Shown here piece by piece: positions 15,801-24,645 of a stretch of DNA of 64,000 bases. Source of the stretch: Patescibacteria group bacterium. GTDB lineage: Bacteria; Patescibacteriota; Gracilibacteria; UBA1369; PNNO01. The notes beneath the pieces were generated by a model. That model was not told where the DNA came from. It searched no databases and worked only from the letters and a program-made list of their open reading frames with translations. A program made the position numbers and the translations under genes. The stretch covers positions 1,280 through 65,279 of the forward strand of contig JBHPJE010000004.1 of the NCBI GenBank assembly GCA_042568205.1. Reading direction: 5' to 3'. The number at the start of each line of letters is the position of its first letter. The stretch's first letter is position 1.

Positions 15801-18730
15801 TTAAGTCCAAACTTTCCAAAGCCTTTATAAAATCTATTTGGTGATTTTGCCAACCTAGTGAGACCAGACATGGCTCCTCTAGCTGCATAAACTGCACTCA
15901 TACTCATTGCAAAACCAATAGCAAAATCTTTAGCTAAACCTTTTGCTTCCCAAATTTTCTTAAATCCACCATAATCAATAGCTCCGGTAGCTTGAAATGC
16001 TGACATTGCAAGTCTTGATCCAACAGCTCCTCCTGCTGATGCTCCAGCCATACTAGTTGAAGTAACTAAGAATTGCTGTACCCCTGCACTCGCTACACGA
16101 GCAAATAACCTTTGGCCAAGTGCTGCAAAAGCAGATCCACCTACCATTGCAGTAGCAACAGCTGTAGTTAAAATTGCTACATTTGCAATACTAGTTGCAA
16201 ATTCAGTCATAACTTTTTTATCAAGTGCGTTTTTAAGCTCTAATCTTTGAAGTGAGAGCTTAGTATCAAATCCTGAACCATAAATCGCTTTTTCATCATT
16301 ATGCATCTTCATAATTTTATCTCGAGCGACTTTAATATTTTTCTTTATTTGATCTCTTAATTGTGGACTATTTTTGTATTTTTGATTCGCCGCAAGAGAT
16401 GTTTTCCCTAATTCTACCCATTTAGCAAATAAGAAATCGTTTGCTTTTTCACTATGATTCGCTGCTTCTCCATATAATTTAATTGCTTTTTCATATCCAA
16501 AAGTAAAAGGCGTTGTAGGATTCTTCATAACAATTGCAATTGCATTAACCTTCCTTACTGCTTCATTAACATGCCCATCTTTACTAAATAGCTTAGTTTC
16601 AATTTCATCGAAGGGTTTTGAAAGTTCAGCTTTAACGAACGGTTGAATCAATTCAGAACTAGCTAAATTTTCATATTTAGATAAATTCTGTGTGACATTT
16701 AAGAAAATATTTAAAGCCTTGAGCTTTTCACCGTAAATATCAGCTCCTTTTCCTACAGTATCAGCAGTCTCACCCAAACTTTCATCAAAACGTTTAATTC
16801 CATGTGTATGTACTACTTCTCCAACACCTTTTCCTGTTCTGTACGTCCTAACATTATTACCATTCTTTTTAAGTATCTCCTTGAATGTTTTTCCCTTAGG
16901 CTCATTAAGCATTGCTGCCATTTTAAAATCCTGACAAATTTTTAAATATTTTGAATCTAATTTCCTTAGTAAATGCAACATTGAACCATATCCGATCAAC
17001 CTTGCTTTAACTTGTTCTTGTTTCTCAACAGGTTTAATATCAAATATTGTTTTATTCTCAGGCGGAGATTTACTAACAGTTTTGAAAAAATCTTCATGTT
17101 CTTGCATAGTCATACTAATTTGGGACATAGCATTCCGAGTATTCACAGCTTTCCGCTGTATAAGTTCCAAGTTTGTTTTCTTATCCCATGAAGGTGTTGT
17201 TTCAAGTTTCCCTGTTTTATAAAAATCATTATGAAATTCACGATAGAGGTCCCCATGTTCTCCTTCAAAGAGTCCAGAGGGATTATCTAAACTAATTAAT
17301 TCTTTTTCAGCAAGTATTGCTTGGTAACTACTAAACAAAGGAGACATTGGAATTTTGTGCTCTTTTGAAAACTTCTTTAATCCATTTAAATTTTCGGTAT
17401 CATTAAATTTACGTTGGCCAAAATATCCCAACATAGCACTAATATTTGCTTTTGTATCTTCTGATTTAAGATTAGTTGATGGTTTAGCTATGTACTTTTT
17501 CGTCATATCTTTAGCCATGTCCAAAAAAATCCTTAATGAATCCAGAGATTTTAACTTTAGTTTCTGTTGAACAATACTTTTTTGATGTTTAAGAATTTTA
17601 TCATCAACCTCATCTTTAGCATCATATTCTCGATATATTTGAAGTTGTTCAATTTCTTTTTTTAACTTTGAAGCACGTTGATTTCTATCCTTCTCAAGAT
17701 TAGTTTTATTTCTTATGTATTCTTTTTCTATATACATTGATTTTTTTGTATATTCAGCTGAACCACCCTTCATTAATGAGTGGTCAAAGATAAATCGAAG
17801 TAATTGCTTTGGTGGCATTTCTTTTGCCATTATCGCAAATTCTTTAGGGTTGAGTTTTTTCAAATATGCAACTTTTGCAAGAATAAATTGAGTTACTTTT
17901 GACTTAGGTATCCCAATGGATTCATACGCTGCCATTAGTCTATTAACTTGATGTAGCTCTAATCTAATCCCCTGACCTTCAACAGAATTTCGAATTTTCA
18001 AAAATTTTTCCTGAAACTTTTGTTGTTTTTTGAATTCTTTGAATATTTTCTCACCTGCTGAAATATTCCCATTACAGTAATGGCCAAGCATACTAAATAC
18101 TTGTGCTCTCTCACCTTTAGAAAAGAGTTTAGTTTGTACCCTAAAATCACTCGAAATAATATCTGCATCTAATTTGTTTTGTATTGTTTTATGTTGAAAA
18201 AATATTTTTATAGTCTCTTTCATTCGACTTTTAATCGTTTTAAGAGGGACTCTTTTTGAACTAGGCGTTCGTACATAAGCTTCAGCATATTGAGCAAACA
18301 TTTTTTTACCAATATTGCTATTTAAGAAATCATAATTAGTAATTGATTCTCTTATTGCATTAAAATCAAGTCGCGCTTTATGTGTTTCTATTTTTTTTCT
18401 TAAAGTTACTGTTCTAACTTTCAATTTGCTTTCAAACACGGCCATCTTTAAATTACCAGATGCCAATTTCCTAATTGCAGCAACCATATCTTTCAAATAT
18501 GCTTGCTTTTGTGCATCAACTATCTTGCCATGCTTATCAAGACCTTTTGTTTCATTCCATGCTCCTTTTGCAGCATCAGCCCATTTAGAAACTTCTTTAT
18601 GATGTTTTGCTAAATACTTAATTGTTCTTCCACGAAACTTAGTCCATTCTGCCTTAGTTTTAACTCCTTCAGGCTTTTTTTCTGGATCTATAAAAAGTTT
18701 TACTGCTCCTGCTACATCGTCAAATGGCAT
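12842..18730 (-). CDS. giant multidomain protein (1962 aa) with C-terminal Hanks-type protein kinase-like domain
   Basis: Last ~318 aa (nt ~12845-13798) contain a G-loop-like LGEEGGIGVAF, AYKIL (Lys), the catalytic loop HNDLKPAN (nt 13367-13390) and LIDIGS in place of DFG. A central Gly/Ala-rich hydrophobic block lies at nt ~15880-16200. The N-terminal ~1000 aa are Lys-rich. Confidence 0.85.
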   Translation of the reverse strand: MPFDDVAGAVKLFIDPEKKPEGVKTKAEWTKFRGRTIKYLAKHHKEVSKWADAAKGAWNETKGLDKHGKIVDAQKQAYLKDMVAAIRKLASGNLKMAVFESKLKVRTVTLRKKIETHKARLDFNAIRESITNYDFLNSNIGKKMFAQYAEAYVRTPSSKRVPLKTIKSRMKETIKIFFQHKTIQNKLDADIISSDFRVQTKLFSKGERAQVFSMLGHYCNGNISAGEKIFKEFKKQQKFQEKFLKIRNSVEGQGIRLELHQVNRLMAAYESIGIPKSKVTQFILAKVAYLKKLNPKEFAIMAKEMPPKQLLRFIFDHSLMKGGSAEYTKKSMYIEKEYIRNKTNLEKDRNQRASKLKKEIEQLQIYREYDAKDEVDDKILKHQKSIVQQKLKLKSLDSLRIFLDMAKDMTKKYIAKPSTNLKSEDTKANISAMLGYFGQRKFNDTENLNGLKKFSKEHKIPMSPLFSSYQAILAEKELISLDNPSGLFEGEHGDLYREFHNDFYKTGKLETTPSWDKKTNLELIQRKAVNTRNAMSQISMTMQEHEDFFKTVSKSPPENKTIFDIKPVEKQEQVKARLIGYGSMLHLLRKLDSKYLKICQDFKMAAMLNEPKGKTFKEILKKNGNNVRTYRTGKGVGEVVHTHGIKRFDESLGETADTVGKGADIYGEKLKALNIFLNVTQNLSKYENLASSELIQPFVKAELSKPFDEIETKLFSKDGHVNEAVRKVNAIAIVMKNPTTPFTFGYEKAIKLYGEAANHSEKANDFLFAKWVELGKTSLAANQKYKNSPQLRDQIKKNIKVARDKIMKMHNDEKAIYGSGFDTKLSLQRLELKNALDKKVMTEFATSIANVAILTTAVATAMVGGSAFAALGQRLFARVASAGVQQFLVTSTSMAGASAGGAVGSRLAMSAFQATGAIDYGGFKKIWEAKGLAKDFAIGFAMSMSAVYAARGAMSGLTRLAKSPNRFYKGFGKFGLKKIQSIGKFLDPENYIQGKNSTFRDFSRELGQEGFEEGAERTNPYVGWIVSAIGCSKSPHTQLALHGIGATDVGFATEGNNFVYTTANPKQFVQNLAAKFGSKPDQHFSYKIDKNKNVFIYLKTKVRGKDGKVIDKEISAFEVKPAKQSENLTPQAEITRIPNLTKNKKGEYTFKNKEDYQETILELRERGFLAIQNQDGTVSIRKGGVEIKVKLPKGTAIMSEQQIADRRKAERFFVKNKVRIVKYFKNKTIREAFALLVQDCGGSMSKFNKKYGLTKYAKKIPKLLLDIKIIPTQKLGAMGCGPIPEFKSVNQIRGKTNIEWAGSTAQPSPPSSSKPPAIGSPEARAAGTLVQGEPASGGNVDLFPKAQPKAASIKGIKYEPKRAEAPDKMVQIELDKLRVELEKISLHDLAKEISNKELSFMTSTGRQMKSLKQRQKIVKELIQLHGEIQFKADSLRIRSLGAEVKQVTNYSDKSRFTTLQERVAELDRLQQVADEVSDVVGKLRDFGLEKHAGRFGNLSDNSEFPSLDVRLMKGKAFVRALTQLKANGVEFNSENAVDLADLINGTSKDGKDFKQLLIAYVGTEFNPHGKRIRPKLDSMMKENLAKLFEGMSPDQINKLIETGKKRHELTPDDKAILKANPEIANEKMIRAMLKGATEHTDENGRTIRMYKGKQLGEEGGIGVAFETWYVIKPSNKLKEGAYKILIPGNTEAKPQFDYEHFNVGDYSQASQEHGPHPGDAHIAKPVFRTKGFILYEKVSDIKGESHELESKLGTLSDKEFSQVLKGMCKGAISLHVKGMAHNDLKPANVVIGKIKNAEGKLVNTGELIDIGSMTRQSNFGKLDKAGGLTVFQVEIQGNLVEIPFFKGKDGQMYNVGFTALYHNPQLISDSVSGKLPVDAGDKYGVGSTILERLKARGHVTKTKPDDDWDHSYTLNEDAPASAKKLYDLANKLRDVRNHPTEFKPDGSRDPDYISLQNVVDQL

Positions 18731-18732
18731 TT

Positions 18733-18987
18733 TTATTTTTTAAATTTATTAATATATTTTTTTGTAATTTTATCAACTTCTTCATGTAAATCATCCTCTA
18801 AATCATCCTCAAATATAAGTGTTAATGCTGTATCTAAGTCTTTTTTTTGATTATTTTTAAAATAGGTGTAAATCTTTTTCATTTCTTCCTGGTTTAGATC
18901 ATCTAAAAGCTCAATCCATTTAGATTTTTCAGATTCATCAATAAAATCAACACTATTGATCAAATTTTTTAATTTTTGTTTTAACAA
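18733..18987 (-). CDS. small acidic hypothetical protein (84 aa), upstream partner of the giant gene
   Basis: TTG-initiated track ORF whose stop lies 2 nt before the ATG of the 1962-aa gene. Start codon is uncertain. Confidence 0.45.
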   Translation of the reverse strand: MLKQKLKNLINSVDFIDESEKSKWIELLDDLNQEEMKKIYTYFKNNQKKDLDTALTLIFEDDLEDDLHEEVDKITKKYINKFKK

Positions 18988-19175
18988 AGTTTATTTTGGT
19001 TACATTTTATCTAAATATTATAACAAAAATTACACAAATTTACAATGCTCAAACAGGCATTTATTGTTTATTTAAAAACACTTTTAGAGACTTGACCTAA
19101 TTTTGTAACGGCTAACATCGCATTTCGTTTTAATAGGTGTTAGAATAAGTCGAATATTTAATTAACCTTTTATAT

Positions 19176-21035
19176 ATGAATAACAAGATCGTAAAGGTGC
19201 TACTCCCCTTTCTAGCTGTGATTGGGCTGTTTATTGTAGCATCATCGACTGTTTCTGCTGCGTATCAGACCCTACACGTAGACGGAGAGCTGATTTGGGT
19301 GGATTATGGGACATATGCTCATGGCCCTGCTGATTCCCCTTATTTAACCATTACTGAAGCATTAAATGCCATGGATTCAGACGGAGGCGTTATTAAAGTT
19401 GCTGAAGGTACTTATACAGAAAATCTTGATTTGCATGATTTAGATGATATTAGTATCAATGGAGGGTACAATGGTGGTCCTGGAGATTCAAATCCCTTTA
19501 CTACTCAGGATACAGAAGGTCAACAATCTGTTTTAGATGGCCAAATCACAGGTACGAATATTTCTGGTGCAATCAGTGGAATGACTTTTTCAAACAATAT
19601 TGGTGGGAATTTCTTAATTTCTATTAATCTTGCTGGAGGTGGTTATAGTTTTGAGGTTAGTGATAACTTTTTCAGCTATAACAATCTTACTCAATTTTTT
19701 GTAAGAGTTACTGCAAACTCAGGAAGCAGTGCTGAAATTTCAAACAACCATTTTGGGAATGTTACTAGTTCACAATCTTTAGTTGATACAGGTGGAACTG
19801 GAGATACGCATGTTATGAAAAACTTTTTTGACTGGGCAACTTCATTAAATGGATCTTATGGAATCATAAGAGCTACTGATGGAGCAAAAGTTTACAATAA
19901 TTTAATTGTAAATTCTGGTCCTAATAACCGAGTTGCAATTAGAATTTCTGATGCTGCTGAGGTTTATAACAACACAATCGCTGATGGAACAGCTACAACA
20001 GCTTCAATCGCATCAAGCGGAACAGAAGAACACAATGTTTACAATAATTTAGTTGCAAATATGACTGGACCTGACTTTGTTTGGTCTACTGCTGCTGATG
20101 AATCAAACAATTTTTCAAATTGTGATCCTGATTTCACTGGAGGATCTGGTCCTGACGCTTATAAATTAGGCGCATTATCTACTTGTATTGATGTTGGAAC
20201 TGCTGTTTCTACTGCAAATCGCGATTATTTCGGCACTTCAAGACCTCAAGGAGAAGAATATGATGTTGGATTCCATGAATTTGAAATCACGCCTGCATGC
20301 GGAAATGGATATTTAGAATCAGGAGAACAATGTGATGACGGGAACACAACTGACGGAGATGGATGTGATTCTTCTTGTCATACTGAATCAACTCCTCAAC
20401 CTGCTGTTTGCGGTGATGGTACTGTAGATTTAGGTGAAGAATGTGATGATGGAAATAGTGTGAACGGAGATGGATGTAATGCAATGTGTGAAGATGAAGT
20501 TGTTGTTGATTGTGGAAACTGGCTAGATATCAACTCTTCTGATGACCATTATGCTATTGCGGTTTATCTTTGTGAAAATGGTGAAATCGTTAAAGGAGAT
20601 ACTTACGGAAATCTAAGAATTGACGACGATTTAACTCGTGCAGAACTTCTAGCAATGGCATTTAGAGCTCGTGAGTATGAAGGCTATGGCGTTGTAGATG
20701 TTAATGCTGAAGCATGTTTCAACGATGTAACTGATGATTGGTATGCAAAATACTTCTGTACTGCAAAGGACGAAGGGTTTGTTGAAGGATATGCTGGAAA
20801 TGTTGCTAAACCTGGAGCAATCGTTCTTTTAGGAGAAGGATTGAAAATGTTCTTAGGAGCTTTAGATAAGAACTACACAATCGATACTGATGATTGTTGG
20901 TATTGTTCAATGGTAACTTCAGCAGGTAATTTAAATTGGATTCCATTCCAATTTAATGATCCAACTGAGGTTGGGCCAATGGAATTAAGCAGAAGATATG
21001 CAATGGATATGCTTTATAGGATTTTAACTAACTAA
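19176..21035 (+). CDS. secreted protein: beta-helix-like N-terminal region, two Cys-rich CGxG..E[QE]CDDGN repeats, SLH-like C-terminus
   Basis: Signal peptide LLPFLAVIGLFIVASSTVSA. Repeated N-rich turns (NNxxxN). CGNGYLESGEQCDDGNTTDGDGCDSSC and CGDGTVDLGEECDDGNSVNGDGCNAMC. LTRAELLAMAF plus FNDVTDDWYAKYF. Confidence 0.8.
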   Translation: MNNKIVKVLLPFLAVIGLFIVASSTVSAAYQTLHVDGELIWVDYGTYAHGPADSPYLTITEALNAMDSDGGVIKVAEGTYTENLDLHDLDDISINGGYNGGPGDSNPFTTQDTEGQQSVLDGQITGTNISGAISGMTFSNNIGGNFLISINLAGGGYSFEVSDNFFSYNNLTQFFVRVTANSGSSAEISNNHFGNVTSSQSLVDTGGTGDTHVMKNFFDWATSLNGSYGIIRATDGAKVYNNLIVNSGPNNRVAIRISDAAEVYNNTIADGTATTASIASSGTEEHNVYNNLVANMTGPDFVWSTAADESNNFSNCDPDFTGGSGPDAYKLGALSTCIDVGTAVSTANRDYFGTSRPQGEEYDVGFHEFEITPACGNGYLESGEQCDDGNTTDGDGCDSSCHTESTPQPAVCGDGTVDLGEECDDGNSVNGDGCNAMCEDEVVVDCGNWLDINSSDDHYAIAVYLCENGEIVKGDTYGNLRIDDDLTRAELLAMAFRAREYEGYGVVDVNAEACFNDVTDDWYAKYFCTAKDEGFVEGYAGNVAKPGAIVLLGEGLKMFLGALDKNYTIDTDDCWYCSMVTSAGNLNWIPFQFNDPTEVGPMELSRRYAMDMLYRILTN

Positions 21036-21052
21036 AAATCGCAGGTATAAGC

Positions 21053-21088
21053 AAAGAGCGCTGTCATATAACTGATAGCGCTCTTTTT
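21053..21088. terminator. bidirectional hairpin terminator between convergent genes
   Basis: AAAGAGCGCT / AGCGCTCTTT stem with a 14-nt loop, T-run on the + strand and A-run on the other side. Confidence 0.65.
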
Positions 21089-21095
21089 AATTAAT

Positions 21096-21551
21096 TTAGC
21101 TTTGTCTGTCCCAAGTTTCTGTCATAGGTCCTGTAACTACTGTCATTACTTCAACATCGCGTTCTTCATCATATTTAATCTCATATGTGTAAGGAACTGT
21201 GATTCCTGTAGGAACATTTGGACAAGTTGTACTATCTAAAGTGATTGTAATCTTATTTCCACCTTCATTCATAACTTTTCCTGTATTAATACAAGTACCT
21301 GTAGAAGTGTAATTTGTATTGTTTAAAGTCCAAATAGCTGGATCTTCACTTTCTAATTCTCCATTAACATATGTTGCTGTTCGTTGCCAAACACCAACAT
21401 AATCTTCTGGGAATGGATCAACTGTTTCAAGCGCTTCATCAACTGTTATTGGAGGTTGTTCATTTAATTCTTCGAGTGTAGGTTGCGGTTCAGTACATCC
21501 TGCAGCAAAAATAACAACGAAAATTGCTAAGAGGCTTAATAGCTTTTTCAT
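21096..21551 (-). CDS. lipoprotein (151 aa)
   Basis: Lipobox-like LLAIFVVIFAAGC at the N-terminus. Confidence 0.7.
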   Translation of the reverse strand: MKKLLSLLAIFVVIFAAGCTEPQPTLEELNEQPPITVDEALETVDPFPEDYVGVWQRTATYVNGELESEDPAIWTLNNTNYTSTGTCINTGKVMNEGGNKITITLDSTTCPNVPTGITVPYTYEIKYDEERDVEVMTVVTGPMTETWDRQS

Positions 21552-21595
21552 GTTTTAGGGATTACGAATATCAACCCCATTTTACACCAACTTAA

Positions 21596-22897
21596 TTATG
21601 GTGCAACTGGTAATCCATAACCTGAAGCAGCATCATAACCAGGACCTGCTCCCCCACCATATGCATCAGTTATATCTTCAGCAATGCTTCGTAAGTATAA
21701 ACGGGTACTTTCAGCATCACCCTGCCAAACTTTTGCTGCTAATCCAGAAACAGTTGGGGCTGACATTGAGGTCCCGCTAGATCTTACATAACAACCATTT
21801 ATTGAAAATGCAGATTCTACACTTCTTCCTCCAGCAACTAATTCAACTTCTTTTTCAACAATAGTTGAATCATCTCCATCATCGATTCCTCTTGCTGAGA
21901 AACTAACAACTTGCTTATTTTGATCAATTGCTCCAACTGCAACAACTTCTTTATAGGCAGCAGGATAACCAATTAACACTCCGTTATATCCATAATTTCC
22001 TGATGATGCAATAAATAGAACATCAGGATTACTTAAAATCGCTTCTTCTATCAATGGAGCTGGGACATCACTACTAAAACTCATACTAACGATTTCTGCC
22101 CCTCTTTTTCCTGCATAATTAATTGCTTCTGCTATATCATCATCATTACAATATCTTGAATAACAAACCTTAATTGCCCAAATATTTGCATTAGGTGCAA
22201 CACCAAATATCCCTAATCCATCAGGACCTCCATTTGCACCAACAGTTCCAGCTGTGTGAGTGCCGTGATAAATTGTATCTTCACAACCATTACTCATGCC
22301 ATTGCTTGTTGTGTCTTTACAAACTTTAATATTATCTAAATCAATATGATCTAAAAATGCTCCTGTATCTAACACTGCTACATCAATTTTGTCTCCTGAA
22401 GGTATTTGCCCACCATTAACCTGAGTAACATTGTATGGTATTTGATCAATTGGCTCGCAAGTTCTTTCCTTTGCTTTGTTAGAATTCGGATTTTTACACT
22501 GACAATAGTTACATTCTTTTCCTTCAGAACATTGAGGTAACCCAGTTTCTCCACATTGCTCTGACGCCTGAATCAAGCCATCCCCACAATATTTGGGACT
22601 TTCAAAATTTGCTATTTCTAATACAACTACATCTTCAACTTCAGCATATTGATCTAAAGATAAATCTTCAGGTATATTTGCTGAAAATTTCCCATCAAAT
22701 TCATGCATTACTTCAACATCTTTATTTTGTCGGATTGTAAGCTCAGACTTAGCATCATTTGGTTTAATTAAAACACGTTTAACTTTGTCTGAATGTGTGT
22801 CATTTTTAGCAATTAAAGTTGAGCTGATTAGCACACCTAAAAGTACTGCTAAACAAACAGTAACAATTAGCACAGAAGTATGTTTTTTTGTAGACAT
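21596..22897 (-). CDS. subtilisin-like (S8) serine protease, secreted
   Basis: Catalytic triad motifs AVLDTGA (Asp), HGTHTAGTVGA (His), SGTSMSAPTVSG (Ser). N-terminal TM/signal. Confidence 0.9.
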   Translation of the reverse strand: MSTKKHTSVLIVTVCLAVLLGVLISSTLIAKNDTHSDKVKRVLIKPNDAKSELTIRQNKDVEVMHEFDGKFSANIPEDLSLDQYAEVEDVVVLEIANFESPKYCGDGLIQASEQCGETGLPQCSEGKECNYCQCKNPNSNKAKERTCEPIDQIPYNVTQVNGGQIPSGDKIDVAVLDTGAFLDHIDLDNIKVCKDTTSNGMSNGCEDTIYHGTHTAGTVGANGGPDGLGIFGVAPNANIWAIKVCYSRYCNDDDIAEAINYAGKRGAEIVSMSFSSDVPAPLIEEAILSNPDVLFIASSGNYGYNGVLIGYPAAYKEVVAVGAIDQNKQVVSFSARGIDDGDDSTIVEKEVELVAGGRSVESAFSINGCYVRSSGTSMSAPTVSGLAAKVWQGDAESTRLYLRSIAEDITDAYGGGAGPGYDAASGYGLPVAP

Positions 22898-23003
22898 TTT
22901 TGTTTTTTGTTTAAATTTTACTGTTTAAATTATACCATAAATCACCCATTTGATCAACTGGCGTAACTTAATATATGATTTTCTTGTTCTTAACTCTAAA
23001 ACA

Positions 23004-23561
23004 ATGAAAAAAATTGTCGCTATTTCTATGCTGGCTGTGCTTTTATTTACTTTTAATGCGTGTGTTAAGCCTGCTGCAACCTTTGATGATGCTGCAAATC
23101 AAACAATCACAACTCTTAAAAACAAAGATTTAGATACTTTGGAAACTCTAATTCACCCAGAAAAAGGTGTTAGACTCTCTCCTTATGCAACTGTTGATAC
23201 AAAAAAAGATGTAATTTTAAAACCATTTGAATTAAACGATGGTAGTTCAAGATTGTGGGGACAATATGATGGGACTGGTCTTCCAATCACCCTTACCTTA
23301 AATGAATATTTTGATAAATTTGTTTTTAGTGCTGATTTCGAAAATGCGCCGCAAATAAAGAAAAATGAGATAATTGGATCGGGAAATTCTTTAAATAATC
23401 TTGAAAAAGTCTATGGAGAAGCAAATTTTATTGAATATCACTTTCCTGAATTTGATCCAGAGATGTATGGCATGGACTGGCAAAGTTTAAGACTGGTTTT
23501 TGAGGAATATGAAGGTGAATTTAAACTTGTTGGGATCATTCACGATCAATGGACAATCTAA
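23004..23561 (+). CDS. lipoprotein (185 aa)
   Basis: Internal ATG at 23004 gives MKKIVAISMLAVLLFTFNAC (lipobox). The track start at 22950 adds an implausible 18-aa extension. Confidence 0.65.
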   Translation: MKKIVAISMLAVLLFTFNACVKPAATFDDAANQTITTLKNKDLDTLETLIHPEKGVRLSPYATVDTKKDVILKPFELNDGSSRLWGQYDGTGLPITLTLNEYFDKFVFSADFENAPQIKKNEIIGSGNSLNNLEKVYGEANFIEYHFPEFDPEMYGMDWQSLRLVFEEYEGEFKLVGIIHDQWTI

Positions 23562-23600
23562 AGAAAGTATGATATAATATATGTGAAATAAAAATAAATA

Positions 23601-23777
23601 ATGGCTGATAGTAAAGCAAAACAAGATGTACTCAAGAAGCTACAAATTGCTTCTAAATACAAAAAAATTAAAACCGTCCTTGCCAAAGAAACAGACAAGG
23701 TTGGAGAATTTAAAGTAAAACAAAAAGATCAAAAAGAAATAGATGAAATAAAACAAAAACTAAATGAGAAACGCTAA
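23601..23777 (+). CDS. small Lys-rich protein (58 aa, MADSKAKQDVLKKLQIASKYKK...)
   Basis: ATG at 23601 preceded by a TATAAT-containing block (GATATAATATATG). Stop at 23775-23777 overlaps the next ORF start by 14 nt. Confidence 0.35.
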   Translation: MADSKAKQDVLKKLQIASKYKKIKTVLAKETDKVGEFKVKQKDQKEIDEIKQKLNEKR

Positions 23778-24645
23778 TCAACCAGACAATTTAGAACAAG
23801 TACAAGCTCCAACTCCAGCAATGGATAATGTTGCAATGCAGCATATTAAAAATCATGAATACGAAAGTGCTTATGCACCTTTATCTAGAGCAGAATATGC
23901 GGATACGCAATGGAATAATTTAAGCAAAGGGATCGATAATGCTTCATTACCAGAAGATCCAAATAGAAAAGAACCCTTAAGTCCTGAAGAATATGAGGCA
24001 GCTCAAAAGGAGCAGATTAAAGAAGATGCTGATAATTTTGGTGCAGAAGCTAGTCCAGAAATGGAAATGAATAATGAATCTATAGTTTTAATCGAAGAGG
24101 TAAATGTTTTAATTGAAAAATTATTAGAGGAAGTTGCTGCAGCGCGAGAGCAAATTGGGAAGTTGAAAGAAAACGCTTCTACAACAACGTTATTTCCAAT
24201 AATTGGTGGAATTTCTAAGATTTTTAAACAACGGAAATATAAAAAAATAATGGCAAGAGTAAAGGAAGCTCAAGCAAAACTTCAGGATAAAACCGGAGAA
24301 TTACAACAACGGATAGAGATCGACAATTTAAGCCCAGATTTAAGCAACAAATCAATGACTACTTCAGGAATTGCAGATATTGGAGAATTAGCTAGTGCTG
24401 TAGGCTCATTAAGTAATTGTGCAATGATCTTTGGTGGAGTTTCAGGATTATTTGATATAATAGGCACTGATAATGCATTTAAAAATCATGAAAAGTTAAT
24501 TAGAACAGATGTTAAGCTTGAAGATATTGAAGGTCAATTACAAAATGCGCAGGTAGGAAATACCGAATCTTTAGCAAAATTAAAAGTTAGAAGAGATTAT
24601 TATAGAGATGGAGTAATTGAAAATGCTCAAAGATTAGCAGCCTAA
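23764..24645 (+). CDS. hypothetical protein (293 aa)
   Basis: Clean ORF with coiled-coil-like middle and Gly-rich hydrophobic patches. No motif recognised. Confidence 0.65.
   Translation: MRNANQPDNLEQVQAPTPAMDNVAMQHIKNHEYESAYAPLSRAEYADTQWNNLSKGIDNASLPEDPNRKEPLSPEEYEAAQKEQIKEDADNFGAEASPEMEMNNESIVLIEEVNVLIEKLLEEVAAAREQIGKLKENASTTTLFPIIGGISKIFKQRKYKKIMARVKEAQAKLQDKTGELQQRIEIDNLSPDLSNKSMTTSGIADIGELASAVGSLSNCAMIFGGVSGLFDIIGTDNAFKNHEKLIRTDVKLEDIEGQLQNAQVGNTESLAKLKVRRDYYRDGVIENAQRLAA

Noticed and set aside
14136-17570. Several 70-90-aa + strand track ORFs inside the 1962-aa gene, and similar antisense ORFs inside other long genes (1421, 5123, 6573-7520, 20287, 24282, 30701-31342, 32765-36276, 39832-40173, 41921-42558, 43155-44138, 44254, 52022-53086, 54411-54866, 55465-56315, 58998-59697, 63516)
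   Set aside because: All are embedded antisense or out of frame in much longer, motif-supported ORFs and have low-complexity compositions. Treated as shadow ORFs.
4663-19000. Prophage or integrative conjugative element
   Set aside because: No integrase, terminase, capsid, portal, tail, relaxase or replication genes are recognisable. Only the att-like repeats support mobility, so it is reported as a cassette array rather than a prophage.
22950-23003. N-terminal extensions given by the ORF track (22950, 28625, 36257, 62737, 11075)
   Set aside because: Internal ATGs give canonical N-termini: a lipobox, non-overlap with nth, the TypA G1 motif near the N-terminus, and the dUTPase start. The extensions have no homology-like features.
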